Notes under the pieces: model-generated
The model's database searches: none
What the model saw: only the letters and a program-made list of their open reading frames with translations
What the model was told of the DNA's origin: nothing
Source of the DNA: a virus
Taxonomy: Duplodnaviria; Caudoviricetes
Direction: 5' to 3' (one strand)
IMG/VR virus record: IMGVR_UViG_3300030493_000059
Coordinates: 1 to 25,800 of that record
Length of the DNA stretch: 25,800 nucleotides
Translations under genes and position numbers: made by a program
In this document: positions 6,460 through 14,013 of the stretch, in pieces
Numbering within the stretch: position 1 is the stretch's first letter
Layout of the letters: each line of letters opens with the position of its first letter

Positions 6460-8606
6460 ATATCTTCTGCGATTTTGAGACAAGAAGCACGTTGGATATC
6501 CGGTTGGTCGGCACACCTGCCTATGCCGAGCATCCGTCAACAGATGTACAGTGTCTGGCGGTAGTGCGCGATGATGGCGAATACCTAGTTTGGATACCGG
6601 AGCGGTATGTGGACTGCATGATTCTCGCCCCGGAATTACGCATGACTACCGGCACGAATACGCTCTTCGTTTGGCTGGAAAAGGCCGACCAGGTTGAAGC
6701 GCATAACGCATCTTTTGAAAGAGCTATCTGGCGGAGCATCATGCACAAGCGATACAGATGGCCACTTATCCCCGAAGAAAAGTGGGCCTGTTCGGCTGCA
6801 AAAGCCGCCGCCTTTACTATACCGAGGTCTCTCGATGGTGCGGGAATGGCCATGGGACTTGACGTGCGGAAAAACCTTGAAGGTAAAAAGATCATGCTCA
6901 AAATGTGCCGCCCTTTACCAGCGAAGAAAGGCCGAGAAGGGGTGTGTTGGTGGGAAGACTCGCAGGACGTCGTAAAACTGATCCGCTATTGCCTTCAGGA
7001 TGTTTTTGCGGAGATTGCGTTGAGTGATGCCCTTCCCCGATTGAGCGGGGAAGAGGACTATAATTGGCATCTGGATCAGGAGGTAAATTCACGCGGTGTG
7101 CTAGTGGACATGCAGACCGTGGATGCAATGGTCAAGATGGTAGAGGAGCATGAAGATGGCTTGAAGCGAGAAGTCGAGGACATAGCGCAGGGAAGGCTCA
7201 AGACAGTAAAGCAAGTCGAGCTGATGAAAGAAGTTTGCGGGGTAGCGGATTTGCAGAAGGCTACGGTGTCCACTGCCCTTGAGACGGAAACCGATCCGCT
7301 AAAGAAGCGGTTGCTTGAGATCAGGCAAAGTCTAGGCAAAAGCAGCGTCACAAAATACCGCGCCTTCCAGAATCGTGTGTCGTCGGATAACCGGCTGAGA
7401 GATCTGGTGATGTATCATGCGGCATCAACCGGGAGATTCGCTGGGAAAGGCGTACAGGTTCAAAACTTCCCGCGTGCTCACATGACCCCCGCCGAAACAG
7501 AGCATGCTATTAGCCTTGTCCGGGAAGGTAACAGCTTGGATCTTGAATTGATGTACGGCGATATCATGACGGTTGCACAGAAGCTTCTCCGGCCTATGTT
7601 TATCGCCCCTCCTGGTAAGGTGCTGGTATGTGCGGACTATGCATCCATCGAGGCTCATGTACTCATGTGGTTGGCGGGAGAGGAAGAAGCTTGTGAAGCA
7701 TTTCGAAACGGTGCGGATCTTTACTGTGAGATTGCGTCGGTTATCTTCGGCTTCCTGGTTACTAAGTCCAACCCAACAGAGCGTTTTGTCGGAAAAACCA
7801 GCATCTTAGGGCAGGGATACGGTATGGGGGCAAGGAAGTTTCGCGACACTTGTAAAAATCAGGGAGGGGTAGATATCTCCATCAAGCTCGCCAGAAAGAC
7901 CACGCGCACATACCGGAAACGGTTCGAAGGTGTCCCGCAATTGTGGTACGGCACTGAAGCGGCTGCTATCGAAACCGTTCAATCGGGCCTACCGCATTCG
8001 TGTAGTAAGTTCGCGTTCGGCATGTGGCGAGGTCACCTTAGATGCCGCCTCCCATCGGGGAGGTTATTGACCTACCCATACCCTGAGATACATAGCGAGC
8101 GAGCATGGGTTTATAAGGCTGTTGATGATGAGAACAATGTCAGTAACATCATGGTGGGAGGCAAAAACGCTGGAGAAGCCCTGAAGCAGGCGCGAAAAAA
8201 TGCCGAAGCCGAAGAGCTGATAATAGTGTCGGATGGTAAGGAGACATTGAAAACCTTCTTGACATTCATGGGCGCCGACTCGAAGACCAAACGTTGGAAA
8301 AGGGAGAGGACATTCGGCGGGAGGCTGGTGGAGAACATCGACCAGGCTATCAGCCGGGATTTACTCGTCGCAGGGATAGACAGGGTACAAAAGCATGGGC
8401 ATGAAGTCGTGATGCACGTACACGATGAGATTGTAGCGGAATACCCCGAGGAGATGGTCAAAGATGCTCTCAACAAGAAAGGTGTCCTTGAGTATGGGTT
8501 GGGAACCGTTAAGGAGTTTGAAGCTTTAATGTCCACCCTCCCAGAATGGGCGGAAGGATGCCCGGTTGACGCAGAAGGTTGGATAGGAAAAAGGTATAGA
8601 AAATGA
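6456..8606 (+). CDS. polA: Phage family A DNA polymerase with 3'-5' exonuclease (APSE-like, Leu762 type)
   Basis: ExoI DFETRS, ExoII AHNASFER, ExoIII YCLQDV, then TGRFAG..QNFPR, motif A DYASIE, motif B RFVGKTSILGQGYG, TFGGRLVENIDQAISRD and motif C VHDE. ATGA-coupled start at 6456. Confidence 0.97.
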   Translation: MNIFCDFETRSTLDIRLVGTPAYAEHPSTDVQCLAVVRDDGEYLVWIPERYVDCMILAPELRMTTGTNTLFVWLEKADQVEAHNASFERAIWRSIMHKRYRWPLIPEEKWACSAAKAAAFTIPRSLDGAGMAMGLDVRKNLEGKKIMLKMCRPLPAKKGREGVCWWEDSQDVVKLIRYCLQDVFAEIALSDALPRLSGEEDYNWHLDQEVNSRGVLVDMQTVDAMVKMVEEHEDGLKREVEDIAQGRLKTVKQVELMKEVCGVADLQKATVSTALETETDPLKKRLLEIRQSLGKSSVTKYRAFQNRVSSDNRLRDLVMYHAASTGRFAGKGVQVQNFPRAHMTPAETEHAISLVREGNSLDLELMYGDIMTVAQKLLRPMFIAPPGKVLVCADYASIEAHVLMWLAGEEEACEAFRNGADLYCEIASVIFGFLVTKSNPTERFVGKTSILGQGYGMGARKFRDTCKNQGGVDISIKLARKTTRTYRKRFEGVPQLWYGTEAAAIETVQSGLPHSCSKFAFGMWRGHLRCRLPSGRLLTYPYPEIHSERAWVYKAVDDENNVSNIMVGGKNAGEALKQARKNAEAEELIIVSDGKETLKTFLTFMGADSKTKRWKRERTFGGRLVENIDQAISRDLLVAGIDRVQKHGHEVVMHVHDEIVAEYPEEMVKDALNKKGVLEYGLGTVKEFEALMSTLPEWAEGCPVDAEGWIGKRYRK

Positions 8607-8881
8607 ACACCTACCATTGCAAGATTTGTTACGAGCCTTTTGAAAGCGAGAAAGTGCTTAACCACAATGTCCGATACTGTTCGGACTGCAAACCGAAGAA
8701 ACTCCGATTCAAGAAGAAGACGAAAATTTGTCTCCGGTGTAGTCATGAGTTCAGAGCAACGTCGGAGAACTGTTTTCACCTCTGTAAAAGGTGTCGCCAG
8801 TTCGCCTGTGAAAATCCGGATTTCGAAGCTGGGAGGTATTTTATCACGGAAAGTTGGGGAGGCTATCCCGGTGCTGAATAA
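8603..8881 (+). CDS. Double Zn-ribbon protein
   Basis: CKIC..CSDC and CLRC..CKRC. ATGA overlap with polA. Confidence 0.75.
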   Translation: MNTYHCKICYEPFESEKVLNHNVRYCSDCKPKKLRFKKKTKICLRCSHEFRATSENCFHLCKRCRQFACENPDFEAGRYFITESWGGYPGAE

Positions 8882-9137
8882 ATCGGTCTTCGTGACCTGT
8901 AAGGACTGCGGTAAAAGCTTGGATACCGCAGAGGAGAAAGGATGGCGGAAATACCACACTAACTATGTTTGTATAGAGTGCTGGGAGGATAAGCCCGTTA
9001 AAAACGCTACCACGATTTTATGCCTAAAGTGTGGTAAACCGTTTCGCTCACGCAGTGCGAAGTTTAACCGCGTCTGCCGGTTGTGCCGGATTGAAAACGC
9101 TTCTCTACCTGATATAAGGTACAGGTTTAGCTTATGA
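8871..9137 (+). CDS. Double Zn-ribbon protein (similar to the preceding ORF)
   Basis: GTG start at 8871 behind GGGAGG. CKDC..CIEC and CLKC..CRLC. Confidence 0.7.
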   Translation: MLNKSVFVTCKDCGKSLDTAEEKGWRKYHTNYVCIECWEDKPVKNATTILCLKCGKPFRSRSAKFNRVCRLCRIENASLPDIRYRFSL

Positions 9138-9319
9138 AAACGTACAAATGTTCCCGTGAAGATTTTATTCTAGCCATCCAAGAAGCCCGGAATCTGCTTG
9201 AGGCATTAAGTCTCCTTTTTCCCAACGGCGAGGCCGTGATGTTTCGTGGGGGTCAGAAAAATGCCTATGTTCACACTGTTAATGGTGTCTATACCGTTAC
9301 GGAGGCCGAGCGTGAGTAA
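9134..9319 (+). CDS. Hypothetical protein
   Basis: ATGA overlap upstream; fills the gap exactly. Confidence 0.7.
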   Translation: MKTYKCSREDFILAIQEARNLLEALSLLFPNGEAVMFRGGQKNAYVHTVNGVYTVTEAERE

Positions 9320-9896
9320 AAAGCCCTACCGCTATACCTACCAGGGTGTTTCGATGCTCGGTGAAGTCCCAGAAGAGGAGGATTTTGATTTTCCACCGGG
9401 GGTCTGGCGGAAAATCGAACGCACCTACCAGGGTGTTTCGATGCTCGGTGAAGTCCCAGAAGAGGAGGATTTTGATTTTCCACCGGGGGTCTGGCAGAAA
9501 ATCAAAAAATGCACCTGTAAGGAGCGTGGTAAACCGAAACAGCGTAGGAAGAGAAGCAAGTGTACCCGAAGAAACCACCGAGCAAAGACCCTTATCAACC
9601 ATGCCCGGCAAAGGGCCGAGAAGAAAAATCTCGCGTTCGACCTCGATAAGTATGAAGAAGAGATACAGAAGCGAATCGATAAAGGTTTTTGCGAGTTGAC
9701 AGGCGTAGCGCTCTGCTTGTCGGGCGGAATTGCTTTTAACACGCCGTCTCTTGATAGGATTGTACCAGACCGTGGTTATATCCTATCGAACGTCCGAATC
9801 GTGTGTCTTTGTATCAATCAGGCTTTGGGCGATTGGGGTGAATCAGTTTTACGCACCGTAATCTCGGAATGGTTAGAACGGGAGAACGAAAAATGA
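9312..9896 (+). CDS. His-Me finger/HNH-like endonuclease-family protein with a duplicated N-terminal 29-aa block
   Basis: GTG start at 9312 after GGAGG. ARQRAEKKNLAFDL, CELTG and SLDRIVPDRGYILSNVRIVCLCIN signature. Confidence 0.75.
   Translation: MSKKPYRYTYQGVSMLGEVPEEEDFDFPPGVWRKIERTYQGVSMLGEVPEEEDFDFPPGVWQKIKKCTCKERGKPKQRRKRSKCTRRNHRAKTLINHARQRAEKKNLAFDLDKYEEEIQKRIDKGFCELTGVALCLSGGIAFNTPSLDRIVPDRGYILSNVRIVCLCINQALGDWGESVLRTVISEWLERENEK
9336..9503 (+). repeat. 87-bp tandem duplication (2 copies)
   Basis: 9336-9422 and 9423 to about 9503. The first 73 bp are identical and encode TYQGVSMLGEVPEEEDFDFPPGVW twice. Confidence 0.97.
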
Positions 9897-10723
9897 ACAC
9901 ACCTTTAACCGAGGAAACCTTTAGGGCGCATGAACGTTGGTTGTGGCAATTGACTAATAGTTATGCTCACAAATTCCCCTTCCTAGACCGTGGTGATATC
10001 TACCAAGAGTTGTGTGAAGCCGCGATTATCGCGTGGGGAAAATATGATCCTGAGACGTTCGGCACCAAATTCATCACCTTCTTAACCCCAAGGTGCTGGA
10101 TGAAGATAGCGAAAGCGGCTGAAGGTCAGCATTCGATTGTCCGACAAAACCAGACGGATGAACAACGCCGAGCTTTCTGGAAGGGAGAAATTACCTTTGA
10201 CCGCTCTATTTCTATGCAGTCCACCTACCTCACGCCGGATATTGAGCTTGACGGAAAGGACGAATCAACATGGGAGAAGGGGAGCGAGAGATTTACACAG
10301 GCTACCGACGAAGAACTACCCGCCGATGAAGCTCTTATCCAGGACGAAGAATGCCGATTTGTCCACCACATTTTCGAAATCATGAATCTCGGGGAAAAAG
10401 ATAAGTGGGTAGTCGAGAATCGTATACTGACTGACGAGCCCTGGGGCTTAAAACATTACACGGAACGATTTGGTCAGAGCATGGAGGCTGCTAGTCAGCG
10501 AGAAAAAAAGCTACGGAAGAGATTTGAGAATGAGGCTAAACGGGCTCTCGGTTTGGACTATGATACCGCATGGGTAGACTGGGAGGAACATTGTAAAGGT
10601 GGCCGCCCGTCGGGCGCTAAAAATAAATGTGAGCGCCGTCGCCCGAATGGTTATAAGAGGCTAAAGCCCCTTGTCAGGAATCAACTAAATGATTATCATT
10701 GCGGTGACGCATGCGGATCTTAA
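9893..10723 (+). CDS. Phage-encoded sigma70-family factor, RpoH (sigma32)-like
   Basis: Region 2 DRGDIYQE...AWGKYDPETFGTKFITF, RpoH-box-like IVRQNQTDEQRRAFW, region 4 LGEKDKWVVENRILTDEPWGL...FGQSMEAASQREKK. ATGA overlap, GGAG RBS. Confidence 0.8.
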   Translation: MNTPLTEETFRAHERWLWQLTNSYAHKFPFLDRGDIYQELCEAAIIAWGKYDPETFGTKFITFLTPRCWMKIAKAAEGQHSIVRQNQTDEQRRAFWKGEITFDRSISMQSTYLTPDIELDGKDESTWEKGSERFTQATDEELPADEALIQDEECRFVHHIFEIMNLGEKDKWVVENRILTDEPWGLKHYTERFGQSMEAASQREKKLRKRFENEAKRALGLDYDTAWVDWEEHCKGGRPSGAKNKCERRRPNGYKRLKPLVRNQLNDYHCGDACGS

Positions 10724-10935
10724 GATTAAGGGAGGCGAGAAGATTGAAGAAACCAGGACCGAAACCCGAGCAAAGCGAGGGACCAACGACAAGATACCAC
10801 GACCCCGATATCCCGCGCGAGCTTTTTAACCAGGCAAAAGCGTTAGCGGCTCGAAGAGGGTGGACAATGAAACATTGGGTACGAACCGCGATAAAGGAGA
10901 AGATCGAGAGGGACTCAGAACTTCTTTGCGGTTAA
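10711..10935 (+). CDS. Ribbon-helix-helix DNA-binding protein
   Basis: PDIPRELFNQAKALAARRGWTMKHWVRTAIKEKI matches the RHH (CopG/ParG-like) pattern. Confidence 0.75.
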   Translation: MRILRLREARRLKKPGPKPEQSEGPTTRYHDPDIPRELFNQAKALAARRGWTMKHWVRTAIKEKIERDSELLCG

Positions 10936-10940
10936 CAACG

Positions 10941-10972
10941 AGCCTGTCCGGTAATCGGGCAGGCTTTTCTCT
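10941..10972 (+). terminator. Intrinsic terminator at the convergence point
   Basis: AGCCTGTCCG-GTAAT-CGGGCAGGCT followed by TTTCTCT, right after the RHH stop. Confidence 0.8.
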
Positions 10973-11111
10973 ATTCAAAGCACTTGTATTCGTTCAACCA
11001 GGCCTGGCAACATTGATGCTTACATGCTGTCACTATTTTGACCCTACCATCCGGTAAAACCCTATACTCCCATTCGCAACCGCATTTAGGGCACCTCGAT
11101 GTTACCCGCAT
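10971..11111 (-). CDS. Small Cys-rich (Zn-ribbon-like) protein, 46 aa, not in the ORF track
   Basis: AGGGGAG RBS 5 nt before ATG. Translation MRVTSRCPKCGCEWEYRVLPDGRVKIVTACKHQCCQAWLNEYKCFE; fills the gap between the fibre gene and the terminator. Confidence 0.7.
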   Translation of the reverse strand: MRVTSRCPKCGCEWEYRVLPDGRVKIVTACKHQCCQAWLNEYKCFE

Positions 11112-11123
11112 GATTTCTCCCCT

Positions 11124-13112
11124 CTATACCGCTACGACTTTAAAGCTCGATCCAATCAAGACACTGCTTGTATCGGTACCCGTGTTACAGGCGAATTGAG
11201 GCACCAGGTTCGTATCAGAGGAGCATACGCAACTTCCCTTAATGATAACGGTTATTTCGGTTCCCCCTCCATTCTCTCCTGCCGCTCCAGCCTTTGTTGT
11301 CTGCCGAGAAGTGAGTAAATGTAAACCCGTGCTTAACCTGATTGCTTCTATGTAGTAGATAATGTTAGAAAAGGTGCCCGTCCCCGAAATAGCGTACTTA
11401 CCACCGCTTGTTGCGCTATTCGTCAGGTGAAGAACCGCTTCGAAAATATACGTCCTGCCACTGAGTAAACCGGATACCTGCAACCCGGTTATTGAGCCGA
11501 GAGTTGTATTTGTCTTGTCGTATTGTGCCGTGGTTACCTTGGCGCCGTTATCAAGCAAGAAGCCGGATGAAGCCTTGATATCGCCGGTTGTCGCAGTAAT
11601 CCCGGCAGAGGTAGTCAAAGCGCCAACATCGGAAAGGCGCATATGCTCTGAACGGGTAGTTGAGCCTATAGGCGTGGTACCCCATGTGATGTAAGCGCCA
11701 CGGGCGGTTGACGTTTGATTCTCAGCAGCCCACATCTCCATGCTTGCCGTGTTTGCGTAAAGCTCGTCCGCCGTGTCCGTATATTTTGCAGCGCCGATGA
11801 AGTAAGTAAGCCTTTCATCGGCAAGTTTATGTGTGGGAGCGGCAATTGTGCCGTTGGCCGAAGCAGCCACAAAACCATTATTGCTACCTATCACCACGGT
11901 CTGGATGCGCTCTCTCGCATACAGGCCACCGCGCAAGAGAGTAAGGTGCCTATCCTCAACCGCACTATCCGAGAAAGGGTCAACACCGTTCGATACAGCA
12001 ACATCGGTAATGTATGAAGTGCCCGTGGTCGAAGAGAAATGGGCATATATAGGGGAATCGGTGATTGAATCGCCGGTGCCGTCGTAAAGTAATGACCAAT
12101 GCCTACCATCGTCCGCTGATACCGCGTACGTTGCACCATTCCCGTAAACCGCGATTCTGACTTTATAAACGGTATCAGCCGAATACGCATAGGGCATTGA
12201 TGTTTTCAGCGTACCGTTTTGATACACTTTAACATCACCGTCAAAGAAGTACAAGCAATGCGGCATGTAACTGTACCCGCCATGGGAGGCGGTGATATCC
12301 GCTGTAAAACCTACCGCTGATCTACCAAGCGAAGTGAGCTGAAGGATATCTGCGTATAGTACGAGAGAGCTTTTTCGAACGAACGGTAATATCACAGAAG
12401 CGTGATTATTATTCCCGCTCACCCCGTCACCTACGATTGTGAGATTTGTTCCGTTGTGCGAAGTATTCGCACCAGTAAGCAGCCAAGTATTCGGATCAAC
12501 AACAGCCGTATCGAAAGTATCCGCAAAGAAAACATGACCGCTCGATGCGTTGGAGTTGTTAACCACTAAATCCCCTACAACACTGGTTTGGCCCTGGATG
12601 ACGGGTGTTACACGAGGTAACGCTTCTTCCCTGCCATAAAGCCCTTCCCAGTTAGGCCTACCCGTTGAAGAGTAATAGACCATTCCCCCCGCAACTGATA
12701 GGTCGGTATCAGGGTCAGTTGAAAAGGGTAATACTACCTGCCCTTCGAAATATGGCGTTACCAAAGGCGCCAAACGAGGTGATGCGAAAGTGCAAGAACA
12801 TAACTCCCCGCTCACCGCCGCATTTGAAGCCGTAAATTGTGCGGCTTGTCCGGCGGAGTAGCTATGGAGAATCCCTAACTCTATTACGGTTAACGGATCA
12901 CCCTGTGTAACGGTACCAAATACCTCAACAGTAAAGGTAAAGCCCTCGTTTAGCAGATCAACACTTATATTCTCACCGTAAAGAGCTTCCCCCACCGTAA
13001 CTCCGACACCGTATTCATTTAACCCTGCGTAAACAACTGTGCTGCCGCTAGAGGTCGGATCGATCTTAACGACGCGATTAGGTAATAGGTCTTGTCCGGC
13101 AATAAATATCAT
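11124..13112 (-). CDS. Fibre / receptor-binding protein with N-terminal DUF2190-like domain, lectin-like middle domain and beta-sandwich head
   Basis: N-terminal about 110 aa has the capsid-cement pattern. The beta-rich middle has YKVRIAV...YAVSADDG. The fibre segment ANGTIAAPT...AAENQTSTARG...TTPIGSTTRSEHMRL is followed by a C-terminal jelly-roll-like domain. Confidence 0.75.
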   Translation of the reverse strand: MIFIAGQDLLPNRVVKIDPTSSGSTVVYAGLNEYGVGVTVGEALYGENISVDLLNEGFTFTVEVFGTVTQGDPLTVIELGILHSYSAGQAAQFTASNAAVSGELCSCTFASPRLAPLVTPYFEGQVVLPFSTDPDTDLSVAGGMVYYSSTGRPNWEGLYGREEALPRVTPVIQGQTSVVGDLVVNNSNASSGHVFFADTFDTAVVDPNTWLLTGANTSHNGTNLTIVGDGVSGNNNHASVILPFVRKSSLVLYADILQLTSLGRSAVGFTADITASHGGYSYMPHCLYFFDGDVKVYQNGTLKTSMPYAYSADTVYKVRIAVYGNGATYAVSADDGRHWSLLYDGTGDSITDSPIYAHFSSTTGTSYITDVAVSNGVDPFSDSAVEDRHLTLLRGGLYARERIQTVVIGSNNGFVAASANGTIAAPTHKLADERLTYFIGAAKYTDTADELYANTASMEMWAAENQTSTARGAYITWGTTPIGSTTRSEHMRLSDVGALTTSAGITATTGDIKASSGFLLDNGAKVTTAQYDKTNTTLGSITGLQVSGLLSGRTYIFEAVLHLTNSATSGGKYAISGTGTFSNIIYYIEAIRLSTGLHLLTSRQTTKAGAAGENGGGTEITVIIKGSCVCSSDTNLVPQFACNTGTDTSSVLIGSSFKVVAV

Positions 13113-13121
13113 ATTAGCTCC

Positions 13122-13523
13122 TTAAACTATTGAAAACACGATAGAACCAACCGGGAAGTGGAAGACAATCGTATCATCCACTTGCGCCCCCGAGCTTAGG
13201 GCCTTATAGGCGAGCATATTGCCCGCACCTGAGACCGTATCAATCAAGCCAAAATGTGTAATTAATCCCCAACTACCACCGCTTGCCGCTGGAAAGGTCA
13301 AATCCGTAGCGTTAGATATAGATTCGGCGGATGCGGCCGTCCAGTCGCTACCGGCTGTTGTGACTCTCGCGTAGCCAAGACCTACCGGTTCAACCATTCC
13401 CGCTCCTGAATCACCAGGATCAGCAGTGGATAGGAAGATATAAGCCGTAGGCGTGGCAAAAGCCGTCTTGCCTACTAACAATTCAAGTACTTTGTTTCCC
13501 GCATATGTACCGAAATCGGACAT
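13122..13523 (-). CDS. Phage tail/virion structural protein (conserved ~130-aa fibre-associated family)
   Basis: NKVLELL, YIFLSTADPG..G..EP...GYARV, SNATDLTFPAA..SWGLITHFGLID..GNML motifs. Confidence 0.8.
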   Translation of the reverse strand: MSDFGTYAGNKVLELLVGKTAFATPTAYIFLSTADPGDSGAGMVEPVGLGYARVTTAGSDWTAASAESISNATDLTFPAASGGSWGLITHFGLIDTVSGAGNMLAYKALSSGAQVDDTIVFHFPVGSIVFSIV

Positions 13524-13533
13524 ACTATACTCC

Positions 13534-14010
13534 TTATACCAGTACGTAGGTAATGATTGCGGACCAGTTTATAGTTGTTGCGGCTAAGCCCGTTATTCTC
13601 AATCTAACATCATTCGTTGAGACATTAAAATGCGCGTCTATAAGTGCATCAGTTTTTCTATCCTGCCCGGAAGAAACAGTGGTCAATGAGCCCGCCGGTA
13701 TAAGTGACGTCGCTCCTGCTGTCTGATACCTTGCTCCACAACATTTCCCCATTACCGCAGCCGTTACTCCATCGGAAGTGGCGCAAACTATATCGGCGCG
13801 AATTGATATAGCCTGCCCGGAAGTTAATGTAATAGTGAATAGGGTTGATTCGGTCTCATCTGTTGTCGTCAACGACGATACGCGGATTAACCCGGTTGCG
13901 TTTGCTGCTTTAAGGTAAAGCATCTGAATGTATGAAGGCCCAAAAGGTTTTGTAGTTGTCCCTAAACCGCCCTCATTTGCCGCGCGCGGTACTATAAGTT
14001 TTGTGGCCAC
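13534..14010 (-). CDS. Short tail fibre/tip accessory protein
   Basis: GTG start with AAGGAG RBS. IVPRAANEGGLGT fibre motif. C-terminal domain similar to the C-terminus of the 1080-aa protein. Confidence 0.75.
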   Translation of the reverse strand: MATKLIVPRAANEGGLGTTTKPFGPSYIQMLYLKAANATGLIRVSSLTTTDETESTLFTITLTSGQAISIRADIVCATSDGVTAAVMGKCCGARYQTAGATSLIPAGSLTTVSSGQDRKTDALIDAHFNVSTNDVRLRITGLAATTINWSAIITYVLV

Positions 14011-14013
14011 CGC

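Noticed and set aside
6456-8606. DpoZ or other modified-base polymerase
   Set aside because: No purZ, datZ or other base-modification genes are in the window; ThyX implies ordinary dTMP supply.
8111-8959. 282-aa antisense ORF (also 629..1150 on the - strand)
   Set aside because: Overlaps well-supported genes on the opposite strand and has no recognisable motifs; shadow ORF.
9336-9503. Repeat pair as DGR template/variable region (the few mismatches fall at adenines of copy 2)
   Set aside because: Copies are adjacent and in frame in one gene, many adenines are unchanged over 73 identical bp, and no reverse transcriptase is present in the window.
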